Below are positions 13,420-26,955 of a stretch of DNA of 64,000 nt, piece by piece. Made by a program: the position numbers and the translations under genes. The notes beneath the pieces are model-generated. The model was not told where the DNA came from, did not search any database, and was given only the letters and a program-made list of their open reading frames with translations. This DNA is from Ginglymostoma cirratum (Eukaryota). Within the stretch, counting starts at the first letter, position 1, and the number at the start of each line of letters is the position of its first letter. The stretch spans positions 20,324,908-20,388,907 of the forward strand of contig JAHRHZ010000251.1 in NCBI GenBank assembly GCA_024137785.1. The letters run 5' to 3'.

Positions 13420-16400
13420 TTTCACACACATCTTTATTACTGAACATTTTTATGCCAGGGGATAATATATGCAATGGTGGGGGTGGAGGAGAGAGAAAAA
13501 GTGATGTAGGAAACACAAAAAGCATCAAAAAAGATGTATATTTAATACAAAATAAGATCCTGCCATGTATCACATGTTAATGTGTAAGAATCTTATTGGA
13601 TTATTTCAAAATAAGCATCAAGACTGTTCCAAATGAAAAAGCCAGTTACTAACAAAAACTAAAAACCGAGGGGAAACAAAATATTGGCAATCTTATTTCA
13701 CAAAAGAGGTCTACGTTGCAAGTTAATTTCCTCAAATGCAGTGGAGGGTAATTTTGATAACATAAATCTTTAGTAGGTTGGCATTTAGATATACAATTAA
13801 CAGTAGAATAAAAATACAGAGTTGTACCTAGACCATTAGAAAATACAATCCAGTTTGCATGACTGTAACTGATGAATTCTCAATGTTGAATTACAAAGTA
13901 AATGCATTTCAAAGTGAAGAACAATGATTCACATTGTTTTCCATACCAGGCATCTTCAATCATCCAGATAAAAAGAGGTTTGCCATGTAAATTGTACTCT
14001 GTTTCAACTGTTTTGACAGTTTTCAGCGAGAAAGCAAGGAGGTCATTGGAGTATTGGGGCAAATAGTGTAAAAAAAAATTGTAAGTCATAGCTTTGATTG
14101 GATGCATCATCTTAGCAGCATTTAAATGACATATGCAATTAAAAAGTTAACAAAATGATCTTGTTTCATTGTGTCACACAACTACACATTAGTACCAGAA
14201 CTGAGGCCCAGGTTTTGGACTTTGAAGCATACTAGGCGACAGTGCACTGATCAATTATATTATCCACTCAAAGCTGTTGGCAAAGCCTAAACTGCTTTGA
14301 TGGTTGGGTTGGAAAGTTTCAACAGGGACCAGTGGGTGCAATAAAGGGCTACACTGTTGCCATACATGTGTTAAATAATTAACATTTGTTCTTTCCAGCC
14401 CTGCTTGCAAGGATTGTTTTAAATTAAATGACTTGCCTTAACAGTTTTCCACCCTGTGGGAAGGTTTTGCACTGGGCGGGTGCCATACTAGCAACTGGCA
14501 GAATAGCGTTGGCATTCCAACAACATTACTGGATCCTGATTTGCAACAGCTTCATGAGACTTCTGCTTGTTTCCAGCAGGAAAATTGATGCTTAAACTGA
14601 GACCAACATGAAAATCATTGCTGTCAGTAAGTAACTCTTTGCAATTTTTATCTCACCATTGCCCTGGGAGTCCAAAATCAGAGCCTAATTTTGCTAACCA
14701 ACCCCATAGTATAAAGATTAGATAGGGTACTTTAATAAATAATTGATTATTTATAAAACTGTGGAAGTAAGTGCAGAACAAATGCATTCTTTAAATCCTG
14801 CTTCACAATAGGAAGGCTGATTCAACAGACCAAGCAATAAATGAATCTCCAGAGAATCACAGGTGTATTCGTGTTAAGATTGGAACGCTTATCTGCAAAA
14901 CTATTACATGGTACACAACATGTTATGTTGTAAAATACCACTTCAAATGACTTCTAGAAAAGTTAAAGTTAAATAAAAGTTAGAGGTGTAATAAGCATGC
15001 AATCATCATTGATTGAAGTGATGTAGATTTTCCCTTAAATAATTATGTTTCTTTTTCTAAATTTAAAAACATAATGTGACATTCACCTTCTGCAAAGTAT
15101 TTTACTCACCCTCTTTTTTTTCCCAGCCTGCCCCATTAAGATGAAATGTGTCCTGGTTTCCAGCAATTTTTCTGCTAAATGCATGTCATATGTTTTATGA
15201 AAACAACCAGCCTACAGACCTCAAGATTCACAGATCTTGAAGATAGAGATCCAGCAGTGTAAGTCGTCTTGCCAGAAAGGTTTCAGTGCCAATAAACATA
15301 GAATCACTGGAGTGCACAAATTCATGCTTATTTTTAATACACGTGATCACAGTCTTTTGAAGAACTAAAGGCAACAATTAACTTTAAATAAAGTATTTAA
15401 AAGTCACACACTGTACCTTCTTCTTTAAAGAAACTGATGCCACAACTTTATGCCTTATGCTTTATCATTTCTGAAGCAAATCAATTGTAGAAGGAGTAAT
15501 ATAAATGGAATCTTCACAGCTGGCTGCTGGGCCTTCTCACAACTTTGCTGAAGATGAATACATTGTGGGAATTTGAGAAAACAATTAATCATTAAATTGT
15601 GGGCACTGTGTTTCCTCAGTCGCATGTTATAGGTTTATGCTCTGTGCTGTTTGGCAAGCAGTGTTTTACACCAAGCATTTGGGTTCATTGAAAGTAAAGA
15701 ATATAGGTTTATTTCAAAATGGATAATGCTAATTCCATATTTCACAGCCCTGCATGGCAAACAGTTGAAATGTACCAATAAAAGATTTGCAGAACCCATA
15801 ATAAACCTGCACTAAAAAGGACAAGAGATGAAAAGTTATGCAGTTCATTAAAAAACATGTTAAATCTTTCATTCCTAGCTTTCCATGCATCAATCCATTT
15901 GGAATGGTTAAGACATGCAAAATCATGTGGCAAAAATTCCATCAAAAACAAATTACCACAAAGTTGTTGCTTATTAATTCCCAGTTTCCAATCTGACCAT
16001 TTTCAAAATATATTTGAAAATAACATTAAAATGAAAGTGGTCTGATGTTTTTGTCAAGTGGTGCTTTTGTACTTTTCTGGTGAAAACAGTTGAGAATACT
16101 GATAAAGAAAACTCAAATAACTGCAAATGTTGCAGATTCTTAAGTGACGTCTAAATGTCACATCTGGTTTGCACTGACCTTTGAATTTTTACGTTGGTGT
16201 GATTGTCAGTAAAGTAGAGTCAGATAACATGCTGCCAATCTGGTGCCAAGGGATCTTATCCTGGTAAATTCTTAGGTTGAGATGGGCTGCAAATATTAAT
16301 CTAATCTTCGCTGTTATATTCTTCTGGTTAAAAGTAAGAAATATTTATTAATCTGTTAGAGGGCAGAAAAATAAATATAACTATATACTGTCCTCCCAAT

Positions 16401-16860
16401 CAACTAAAATAGAGTTCAGCCAAGGTGTCACTTGATGTTGCAGGAACCAGTACATAGATAAATAATATCAGATACAGATGTCCATGTCCAGAATTCAAAG
16501 AATTATAACTGTCCAAATGTAAGAAAGTCCATGGTAAAAATAAAACAAAAAATTGAAATGTGTAATATAACGAGTCCAAGATAGAAACATTAAAAAACTG
16601 AAACATCAGCAGGAAATCTGGTATCAGCATACAGCAAAAGGCACCACAATATTATCCTATTTATGATGTGAAAATCTGGCACACCATCATCTTTAACTGT
16701 AAATCATATTTTACATATAAATACATGTTTTCCTATAAAAGACTTTCCTGTTAGCTGTAAGACAACTTTGCTAAAATGAAAATAAAATGTTTAATTTAAT
16801 TTTAGAATATTTGATAATTATATAAAATAAAATATTTTTACAGTTGCAGATCTATGGCAT
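13420..16860 (-). other. NRG2: Probable NRG2 3' UTR; true end uncertain
   Basis: AT-rich and repeat-poor sequence after the stop. Minus-strand AATAAA at 16344-16349, 15708-15713 and 13433-13438; the last is followed by GU-rich tgtgtgtg. Confidence 0.45.
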
Positions 16861-17509
16861 TTACACAGGGGTCGAGTCTTGATTTGATTTTACACGTGTC
16901 ATTCGGGTGTGTAAGTCCTCTCGTACATTGTGCCTATTGGATGAGTAAGTCCTACTATCAGAAGACCGGAATACTGACACTGTTTCTATGTTTGCTGCTG
17001 GAGGGTTCTGAGTGCTTAAGAAAGGTGTATGCTCTCCTGCTTTCTCACCATCAGAATCAGTGTCAGAGCAGCAACTTTCTGAGTTTGAGTCACAATCGCA
17101 TTCAGATCTGTGTGAAATGTGACCATTTGGTTTTGTTTTTCTCCATCTTCTACTGCTGTTTGCCATTTTCTTTGGTCTGTCTAATGCTGGGATGTACTCT
17201 TGTGTTGTTTCGTACTCATCATCCTCTGCCACTCTCATTGGACTAGGGGGTAGACTTCCAAAGCTGTCATGAAGATAGCTGTGGCGTTGCTTGTAGGGGT
17301 CGTGTCTCTGGTTGTCTTGTTGGTACTTGTGGTATCTTCTCAACAAAGGCTGTTCATCTTCCACTGTATATCCAACTGCTGCTGGAGGCAATGATGTTGC
17401 ATGGGTAGATCCATGGGGAGACATCTCAAAACCAGGCGCATATGAAGGGAAAGAGTAATGCAAATCAACAGGCGATAACCGAGCTGGTGTTGTGAGGGCA
17501 GACACATAC
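16861..17509 (-). CDS. NRG2: NRG2 terminal coding exon (YVSALTTPARLSPVD...EDDEYETTQEY...NQDSTPV*)
   Basis: Within ORF 16861..17532. Acceptor ttttctttag|G TAT, stop TAA at 16861-16863. Neuregulin intracellular motifs are present. Confidence 0.96.
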
Positions 17510-20500
17510 CTAAAGAAAATCAACAGTATCATGACTTGATATAGCGCAAGATAGTTTAAATAAGTGCAAATAGATCCATTTTAAATCATCAGTATGCAGG
17601 ATATATTGCATTTCCATGACTTTATCTTTTCAAATTTTCCCTCCATTGGTTATTCCTCCTGTCCTCATGCAGGTTTATGTGATGAATGTTTATTTGTAGA
17701 TGCTGATTCTTCATTGGGAATCCATATATGATGGGATACGCAGATCTCAGAACATAACTTTTCAGGAGGCGGCCAATTAAGAGGCTCCGTCAGTCTCATC
17801 CAATTGAATGTAGAGGCTACGTGACTGAGTCTGCATTGACCAACCAGCACTTAGCTACAGTGGCAGCTGTGTGCCCTCCCCCCACCCCGACCTCTTTGAC
17901 AGCTACAGTCCCACTGTCAGAAATGGGAGCTTCCAATGTCAGATAAAGGGAGCACTTCAAGATTGAGGCAGCTTTGGAGGATATCATGAAAATATAAAGA
18001 GGGACATCTTCCAGGCTATCATTATGAATAAGTGGGAACCCATCCACAGAACAGCTTGTACCTACACCCATGGTCAGCATATCATCGTGACCTAGAGGGG
18101 TATGTTAGAAAATAACAGATGGAGTGCTAGCTCTCACTCCGTCTTCCTAGAACTCTAGCTGGGATGTCACCTCCATTCATCAACCTTAAGGGACCCCCAC
18201 AGCTACCTTGGAAATTACAGTTGGTTTCTGCACATTGAGCTTGGTAGGGCCATTAAGGACTTACTTGGCTACCCATCATCACATCACCTCACCCTCCCCC
18301 CTCCCCACCTGCATTGCCAGGCTGTTAAAAATTGGCCTCAAGACAGGAACATGTCAGTAAGCTACAACACCAGCAGGAGGCAGGAAATTGCTAGCCCATC
18401 TACCTCTGGTCTCACTGGTGGCCAGATAAAAATGTCTTCCATTGTTTCACTATTGCACTAGCCCTTTGTGTCTTCAGCTGGTGATAATTCTTGTCATGAT
18501 CGCAGTAACATAGATGCTATCAATTTTCAACTTCCATCATCCAATTTTAATGCCTGGGTTGTTGGTTAGCAGACAGGAAATTAGAAAGTAAGAAAGAATG
18601 GATCTTTTTTGGAGCAGAAGTTGGTGACAGTGAAATGCCATAGTAATCAGTACTTGGAACCTAGTTATTCAGAATGTATATCAACAAGTTCAATGAGGGA
18701 ATTGATTAATGCATTGGGATCAATCTGGAAATTATTACATTTGGGGTTCTGCTTGCTAACTTTCTACCTAACTTCCTAAATTATCATTTCAGGACCACAT
18801 CTCTCTTCCTACCTAAGTCATTGGTATCAACATGGATCACAGCCTCTCGTTGCCCATCCTTCCCTAGAAGAATGTACTATAGCCGTTCTGTGACATCCTG
18901 GACCCTGGCACCAGGGAGGCAACATATCATCTTGAAGTCTTGTTGATGGCCTCAGAAATGCCTGTCTGCTTCCCTAACTAATGAATCCCCTATCACTATT
19001 ATGTTGAAGCGATATTAATATGTTTTGATTAAACAAGACTGAAACAACTCTACCAGACCTGCATCTCTCATTTGATTTGCTCTTTAAGAGAAGTTCACAT
19101 GTTGGAGATATAAACAAAATCACTTGTAATTACCCAAATTGAAAAGAAAGAACTCTGTATTGGAAAACACAAACCAGCTGTATTTCATGGGGTAGCTTTT
19201 GGCAGAAAAAGGTGAGGTGGATTTGCAACTGGAAAAAAGCTTGATCTCTCTCAACATCTTGACAGACGAAACACCCAGTGATAATGCAAAATGAAGTGAA
19301 CATTTGAACATTGAAAATTCAAAGATATGTGTAATATTCGCCACTACCATTGATCTAGCGCATCTCCAACCAACCATGGTCTCAGGTTCAGTCTTAACCT
19401 CAACACCAGCTAAGCATTTTAAACTGAAAATTGTTTGGTGTTGCTTTCTTTGTATGAGACACTATCCACTATTAAAAACTTTGTACCTGCATTTATATGT
19501 GCGTCTGCTCAGTCTTTATTTTTCTTGGGGTTAGCAAGCAATAAATTAGCTCTTCCTTTCATTCAACAAAACCTTGTAATTAGCTGCTTGTTGGTTCTTG
19601 TGAATGAGTTAACTATATTTTAACAGCAGTGAGTTACAGCTACATAGTAAGAAGAATTTAAATGTCTTTGTTGTGATCAACTGAGGAGGTTGAAAGGAAC
19701 AGAGCTGATTCACTCCTCCTGACTTGGTTATAGCATTCTTCATTAATGAATGTTAAAAGTGAACTTATTATTCAAGCCCAAGCCTGTCCTTAACCAATAA
19801 ACCACACTTTAACACTTCCATTAGGGATCTTGCATAGAACTCAGGATTAGGAATTTTATTTGTGTTTAACATCCCAAGTATCTCCTGAGAGAAGTTGTCA
19901 ATGCCACAATTGGTTGATAGCAGCTAAAGATTTGCATGGGCCAACGGCAGTCCATTCGCTCTGTGATCTACAGGACTCTCACACAAGGTTGTTTATAACA
20001 CCAACAAAAAATTCTCAGGTGGCAATGTAGCTTTAATGCTGTGTCTTTACTAAAGTTAAGGTAGCTCCTTTACTCTGGAGTGGCATTCAGCCTAACTTGC
20101 ATGTTTCTTGTGGGTTTGTTGATCAATATATTTCATTGCCAGATTTTTAGTTATTACATTTCCTTTCAAATAAATTCAAAGTGTAATAGTAGACTGACTT
20201 TTAAATGTAACTAAGGCAATATACATTCTGAAGTTTAAAAAACAACATGCATGAAAGAAGCTGCACTACTGGATTTCTGGGAAAAATAGTTTGAAGTATC
20301 TAAAAAACTATTTTAGAATACACAAATGCTTAGAAAATATACAGGGCTGTGATACCAGTAACTGAACAGTGTTATGCTTACCTTAAAACATCTCTGCTCA
20401 CCCTATAAAATATCATGGGGTTCAGGGACGAACCTTGATGAGCATGTATTCATTTGTTTGGTGAATTGTTTGAGCGGGTGTGGGGACATCCGGCGTCTAC

Positions 20501-20819
20501 CCTGTTTGGGTAGAAGTTTCTGTCTGTCTGTCACCGAGACCATGAGCTGAATCGTACATTTTCTTAGCTTAATTGCGAGGTATGCTGAATTTTTGGAGGG
20601 ATTCTCGTTGTCAGGCCACATCAGATTTCTCGCTGTATCTTAGTAACTGCCACATTAACAGTCTTCCTCACTCCATGGCATCCGTCACACCTGATTCTAT
20701 CCCATCTTACCACATTCCATGCCTTAAATAACCCATCACTCTGGATATCTGCCAAATGTCCTCAACACCCTTATGCCCACAAATAAGTACTGTCAGCCTG
20801 TCAGTCCTCTGAATCATAC

Positions 20820-21030
20820 TCTGGACATTGCAGAAGTTGGCACCATTGCAGGGAGGGGCGTGGAGGTCCTGCTGGATGTAGTGTTGCAGATTCAGGACTT
20901 TCTCTTCCCCCAGGACCAGCAGTGCAGGCCTCAATGCCGGACCATGCGAGCTTGGCCTGAGGTTGCCACCAGGTGCCATCTGGAACAGTGCCCAGCGCTA
21001 TAAGAAGAGGATCAATTTCCTTCTCCATTC
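20820..21030 (+). mobile_element. Myb/SANT-like DNA-binding domain remnant (PIF/Harbinger ORF-like)
   Basis: ORF 20773..21003: GVEVLLDVV....FLFP........RTMRAWPEVATR, matching the E-x-L-x-x-x-V...LF...W-x-x-V-A pattern of Harbinger Myb/SANT proteins. Confidence 0.6.
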
Positions 21031-22102
21031 CATCAGCACAAGTGCCACCATCTTCTTTCCAATATCTAACACTTTCTGGTTTTGTGTTGGTGCTAAATGG
21101 CGAGGCATGACATAAGTTACATATGCCTGGTATGTCTGGCTGAACTAGCAAAATGCAAAAAGGCACAGCAAGACAATGACAGGGCTGGATGTTGTGAGCA
21201 TCCAAGTAAGCCCCAAAGTGAGTGAGCACAATGACAGAGAGCAAAGAGCCCAGAAATGCAGCCCAGTCCTGTCCATGAGCTGCGTGCACGCCCTCACAAC
21301 ATCATTATGTCAGGCATTACAGTTGCAGATCAAGGTACAACCCTGAAGTGCAGAAGAGTCCTGTTAGTGCATTGTCAATGTGCCATGACAATGTCAATAT
21401 CTGTGGACATGGGGTGCATGTGGTCAGTGCCCACATCGAGCTGCCCTGAAATGTTGGCTCCCGATATACAATGTGGCAGTGCTCTGCAGCAAGTGGCGAG
21501 CTGCAATCACCCTAGTACCTGCTCTGATTTCCATGTTGAGAATTCTCACATCTAGCTTGTAAGATAGAAAGCTGAATATTAATGAAGCAATTTGCAGTGT
21601 TAATAAGGCTATAATCCCCCTTAACAAGCTACAATTCCCCAAGTTAGCAGCTCAGTGCTGCCTTCCTAGAATCTCACCACATAACTTGCCAAAAATATGA
21701 AGGACGCACTGGGATATGGTATCAGAAGATATTTGTACAACCTTTGTGGCCCAAGGTCATAAACCAAGTTAGATGTATCAGACTGATATGGTCTGCTATC
21801 ATTGAGATAAGAAGGATGAGACAGAATGTATTTATACTGATGATGTCCTGAGGCCCTCAGATATTTTTAGCCCAATTTATATGCATGGTCTGATGCACAG
21901 ATCCAGGCCCAAAGAGCCATGCATGTAAACTGAAGGCAGAAAATTAGGGTATTCTGATCTTGTGAAATGTGGCCATTGGACTTCCGCCAGATATACAGCT
22001 GGAAAGTGCCATTCAATTGTTTCAAAATAATTTGGAATGATTCAGTCCACAAATAAGAATACTTAGCACACAACATTGTATATAACCTGATTTATTTCAT
22101 AC

Positions 22103-22321
22103 CTGTCACTATGAGGTGAGTCTCTGAGAGAATCCACTGAGTCCCTGCAATGGAAGATTGGATGCCTTGTGTCATGGTGACTACAAACCGCACTTAATCT
22201 GCCTCGTGGTTCCAGGGGACTGTTACATTTACTGGTTTCTAATGATGATGTCATCATTCCAGAATGCATTTCTGAAGTTCCACTCTCAGTCCGATCTAGG
22301 CTCCATGTGTGGTCGCCATTT
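22103..22321 (-). CDS. NRG2: NRG2 cytoplasmic exon 3 (NGDHTWSLDRTES...CRDSVDSLRDSPHSD)
   Basis: Within ORF 22063..22338. Acceptor ttcccatag|, donor GACAG|gtatga. 219 nt, phase 2-2. HTWSL and DSVDSLRDSPHS motifs. Confidence 0.94.
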
Positions 22322-22686
22322 CTATGGGAAACAGCCATATATTTATCAGACTTGTTGAACAGACATTACTAATTGAGTATACAGGTAATGGACAGTTGGA
22401 CAATAGAGAGTATCAAGTTTAAAAGAAGCTTTTGTTTCAATAAAACTAACTTTTTGGCTTGTAGGATGACTACAACTAAAACTGTAATTTATGAGCACTT
22501 GTTGCAAGTGTCAGGAAATGACCATCTCGAATAGAGTAGAACCTTACCATCACCCCTTGACTGTCAATGGCATAACCATTGGTGAATTCCCCCAGTACGA
22601 AACACACAGGATTCTGCAAGCCTTGACGGGGTGGATGCAAGGAAGATGTTCAGTCTCAAACTATGGGTCACAGCTACAAAATAACT

Positions 22687-23043
22687 GGGGAGGCAATGGC
22701 TTAATGGTATTATCAGTGGATTGTTAATCCAGAGACCCAGGTAATGATATGAGGACCTGTGTTTGAATCCTGCTATGACATACAGTGGAACTTGAATTCA
22801 GTAAAAATCTGGAATTGGAGATCCAATGATGACCATGAATTCATTGTCGATTGTCAGGAAAAGCCCATCTAGTTCATTAATGTCCTTTAGGGAAAGATTC
22901 TGCCATCCTCAACTGGTCTGGCCCACATGTGACTCCAGACCCACAGCAATGCGGTTGACTCCCAACTGCCCCTAGGCAATTACGAATGGATAACAAATGC
23001 TGGCCTAGCCAGCAATGGCGTCATCCCATGTATGAGTAAAACA
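22687..23043 (+). mobile_element. tRNA-derived SINE, family copy 1
   Basis: A-box-like tggcttaatgg and B-box-like gtttgaatcc. Colinear with 45137-45492. Confidence 0.8.
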
Positions 23044-25925
23044 AATGCCTATGAAGTGTAACTTTCATTTTGTTATTTATTTATTTCAGTTGCGAATTTC
23101 ATCTCATGGCACTGCTAGAAAATGAGTGGCAACAGATCAGGTGTATATTATACACCTCACCCTACAAAGTCCTCAGTAAAATCAATTACAACAGTGCTAT
23201 CACCTAATGTTTTATATATTGATATGTGAAGAAGATGGCAAATAAATACTAAAACTTTATAATCAATATTGCCAGGGCATTGGTCACGGATGTGCAACAT
23301 CAAAATTGCCTCATCTTTTACACAACGCAAAAATGGGAAAAATGTCTTGGCAATGAAATCTTAAACTGAGTCAGAACAGTTGCTTTGTTTTATACATGAA
23401 CATTTACCCAGGATGGTAAGAGTTAATTGCAAAGAAAATTCACTGAATTTATATATCCTGGTCAGAGATCACAGACCTGAAATATTAACCATTTTACGCT
23501 TCACAGATGTTGCTAGATCTGTTGAGTATGTCCAGTATTTTGTGCTTTTATTTCAATTTCCAGTTCCCATGTTATTTTGCCTATTTATTCAAGTTTTATT
23601 TATCATACATATATTTTAAATTCTGAGCTACAGCCAAGAAGAAATACATACCAAGCCCTGTTAATACATTTCTAGTGTCATAATTTTAAAATGAAAGTAT
23701 CTATCAGTGTCAAATGGGCTATGAGCCAAAAGCTGGGAAACGGGATTAATGTAGTCAGATATTTGTCGACTGGCATGGACATGATGGGCCAAGTGACCTT
23801 CTGTTCTGTAAAATTCTATGCATTTATGAAGAAAATGTGATTTCCTGCCTGGGCATTGTTGCATGTATGCCATTCTCAAACTCTCCTATTTGTCTGTAAG
23901 CTTTTACAATGATGGGCCTGACAAACCCTTAATGAATAATGTTTTTCAGCATATTTAATGAACTAACAAAATCACAAGAATTAATAACTTTCAAACATGC
24001 AAGTTTGACAATATTGAAGAATGGCATTAACTAACAGTAATTATAATGCACCTGCATTCTACAGTTGTAAACAGCTAATGAGCCATTTAATTAGAATAAT
24101 AGCTGAAGCATCTGTTAACTTATTGTAAAATACAACTTCTTAGACAATAGTAAAAGGCAAGTAGAAAATTTAACATATGTAACTCATTATGAAAGAACAA
24201 ATGCATTTTCAGAGATGCAGGATAGCCTCTAAATATGCAAACAAGATGGTAACAGTGTAGAATGTCACTGGCATTCTTAAAGTGGCTTAAGGTCCAAAAT
24301 AAGTTTAATGACTTAAATAGAAAAATAAAGATAAGGTTATTGTAAATCAGTAGCGTGAAACCTGTACTTGTAATAAGATACACTGCTGGCATAAAGAAAT
24401 AGGAAGAATCCCACAGCAAGTTTTAGAAATGGAAATCACAAAAATATACTAATTAAATTTCACAATCACTGGTATGAATGATAATAAAATATTTTACTAA
24501 TTAAATCACCCATTTTAATCCCCACTCTTTATATATATACAGGCAAAACTTCTACTTTATAGAGGGACAATGCATTCAATGGCTAATTGCCCTCATGGCT
24601 TTAAAATGCCTGCATTTGAGAAAGATAGATCTGTTGTGAAGGAATCTATATTTCTGGATTTTTCTCTGTGTTTTGGTGTGGACCCACTGTGGGCTAGCAC
24701 CTGTGGAAGTGACCTCTGGTTGACTGGATGTTGGAACATATAAGGTACAGAATGTACCAAGGATTGATCCATTAAACCCTGCCTACATGAGACAATAATA
24801 GATTATAGGTTTGTCCAAGGGTAAGTGTGAACATCAGCCCACGGTGAGCAATGGTTACTTAGATTAGTCCAAAGGAGGCGTGGTAGCATATGGCTTCCAA
24901 CTCTGCAGCAGAAATGCTGTGTTTAGCTCTCTGTAATTGGGGCTCAGAGAGGCCCCAAGCAGTCATGAATTCTGGCTGCTGAGGGGATGGGGCCTCAGGG
25001 AGCCATCTGTAGCAGCTTGGAAGCTTGGATCATGCCACTGATTTGATGCTGGTGTACAGCTTTGTGAATCCACTGGGACATAGTCTTGAGTGACGAGATT
25101 AAGCAGCTGCTTCAGCAGTCACGGGGGCATTCTAAGTTGGAATCCTGTTGACTGACAACTGTGTTCAGGCCAATGAAGAGGCAATAAGGCCTCCTACAAG
25201 AGTAAGAGCTGCTGTTTTGGAAATTTGGAGGCCACATCCTCAAAAGACAGGAGTTGAAATTGCTTATCAAGAAGATGAATGCTAGAGAATTCACTGACAT
25301 TAGGGTGGCTAACTAAGGAGATTTGTTCTAGTTGTCTCTACCATTTAATGTACAAATGGATTTGCATTTTACCAGGTGCAAATGCACCTGTTAATTCATG
25401 TTTGCATCATGTTGTTTCCGGAGTATAAGAGAGAAATGCTGAGCTTGCTTTATTGATGCATTTATAGCAAGATTTCTTCAGTTGTTTAGAATTGTAAAGT
25501 TATGTGACTCTTTTCTCATCGTAAGTAAGTGGGATTTCGAAGTTTGACTATTTTACAACAAAGTTATTGGTTCTTACTTGTATTGTAACTAAATTTGAGC
25601 ATCTCTCTGCGACCAAAACAAAAATTGATCATTTAATCTGACATTGTCACATTATTCATTCATGGAGAAGAATTTGGAAAGCATTAATTGCGGAGATTGA
25701 AGTTACATATGGAATTAGTGGAATGTACTATGTGCACATTCCAATTACTTGTACTCTGTTTTCATGAAGATCAGTGGCATGTTAGAGTAACAAACACAAC
25801 AAGTTTACACTAATCTATCCAATAATTCTGAAACCATTCAATAGCTTAGTTAAAGTAGTAAATGTTTTGTTTGCATTATCATCTTCATATATAAGTGGCA
25901 GTGCTTGTCATTAACAGTCAATTAC

Positions 25926-26053
25926 CTATGGCTGGACGTGCGTGTAGCTGTGGAAGAGTGATGGGATGTCGACGACGGCTGGCTCGCAGAAAATGAAGTT
26001 TCCGTTTCATGTCGTCTCACGTGTTCAGGAGCTGGGATATTTTTTGAAACGTA
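25926..26053 (-). CDS. NRG2: NRG2 cytoplasmic exon 2 (YVSKNIPAPEHVRRHETETSFSASQPSSTSHHSSTATRTSSH)
   Basis: Acceptor tttttctccatgtacag|TAC, donor CATAG|gtaat. 128 nt, phase 0 to phase 2. Y(V/I)SKN...ETE(T/S)xFS motif and locally retained CpGs. Confidence 0.94.
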
Positions 26054-26346
26054 CTGTACATGGAGAAAAAAATAAAAGAAACTTCAGACTCAAGTAATAA
26101 GGATCTCAGCCATCAAGATTTGAACATAATTAGTGTTTACAATTCATTGGTGAAGAATAAATATTCCCATGGGAAATGATGAAAAGCAAATGATGGCAAT
26201 TACTCAAAACTACATTTTAACAGGTTCAGACTGAGTTGATACGTTTCAAATTCCTTTTGGATATTCTCTGGTGGTATTTCCTTGAAACTTAAAGTATTCC
26301 CAAGAAGGCTAATAATTTTTAAAGAAGAATGTCTAACCTGTTATGG

Positions 26347-26506
26347 AGATAATAGGAACTGCAGATGCTGGAGAATCTGAGATAAAAAGGTGTAGAGGTG
26401 GATGAACACAGCAGGATTTCTGAAGAAGGGTCTAGGCCCGAAACATCAGCCTTCCTGCTCCTCGATGCTGCTTGGCCTGCTGTGTTCATCCAGCTCTACA
26501 CCTTGT
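26347..26506. mobile_element. Short Penelope-derived fold-back insertion with 17-bp TSD and hammerhead-like motif
   Basis: Inverted arms aaggtgtagaggtggatgaacacagcagg / cctgctgtgttcatccagctctacacctt. TSD tgtctaacctgt(t/c)atgg at 26330-26346 and 26507-26523. Confidence 0.75.
26420..26449 (+). ncRNA. Minimal hammerhead ribozyme-like motif (Penelope type)
   Basis: CTGAAGA-A-GGGT(CTAG)GCCC-GAAA-C-ATC: core boxes plus stem II. Stem I is not evident in this copy. Confidence 0.5.
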
Positions 26507-26829
26507 TGTCTAACCTGTCATGGTTGATTAAGAATTAAGAAATCAACTACACAAAGATTTTTGGCATAGTGTTCAATTATAGGAATACACCTCAGAAGGA
26601 ACACATTTTGACGAATCCACCATGACAGCTTACATGTAGTTCAAAACATTGTGGACATTTCACCACAAACCTGAATCCTTATATACTGTTCACAATTATC
26701 AGGCACACCTAAAGGGAATTCACAAAAACCTGGATGAGAAGGGAGATTTGAATCCACTTTAATGACACATGTAAGTCAAGTAATCTCGCCCTCTACTTCA
26801 CTGGCCATAACAATCAGATACTCCAAATT

Positions 26830-26955
26830 TCTGAAGAAGGGTCTTGATCCAAAACGTCATCTTTCCTGCTCCTCTGATGCTGCCTGGCCTGCTGTGTTCC
26901 TCCAGCTCCACACTGTGTTATCTCTGACTCGAGCACCTGCAGTTCTTGCTATCTC
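26830..26955 (+). mobile_element. Short Penelope-derived insertion with 11-bp TSD, starting at a decayed hammerhead core
   Basis: tctgaagaagggtcttgatccaaaacgtca... Direct repeat tactccaaatt at 26819-26829 and 26956-26966. Confidence 0.7.

Noticed and set aside
16854-17246. 130-aa plus-strand ORF
   Set aside because: Antisense shadow of the NRG2 last exon with no recognisable protein features.
19650-19745. Possible remnant of an NRG1 b-tail-like alternative last exon in the final intron
   Set aside because: Only patchy similarity to a recalled sequence, with no convincing acceptor or conserved reading frame.
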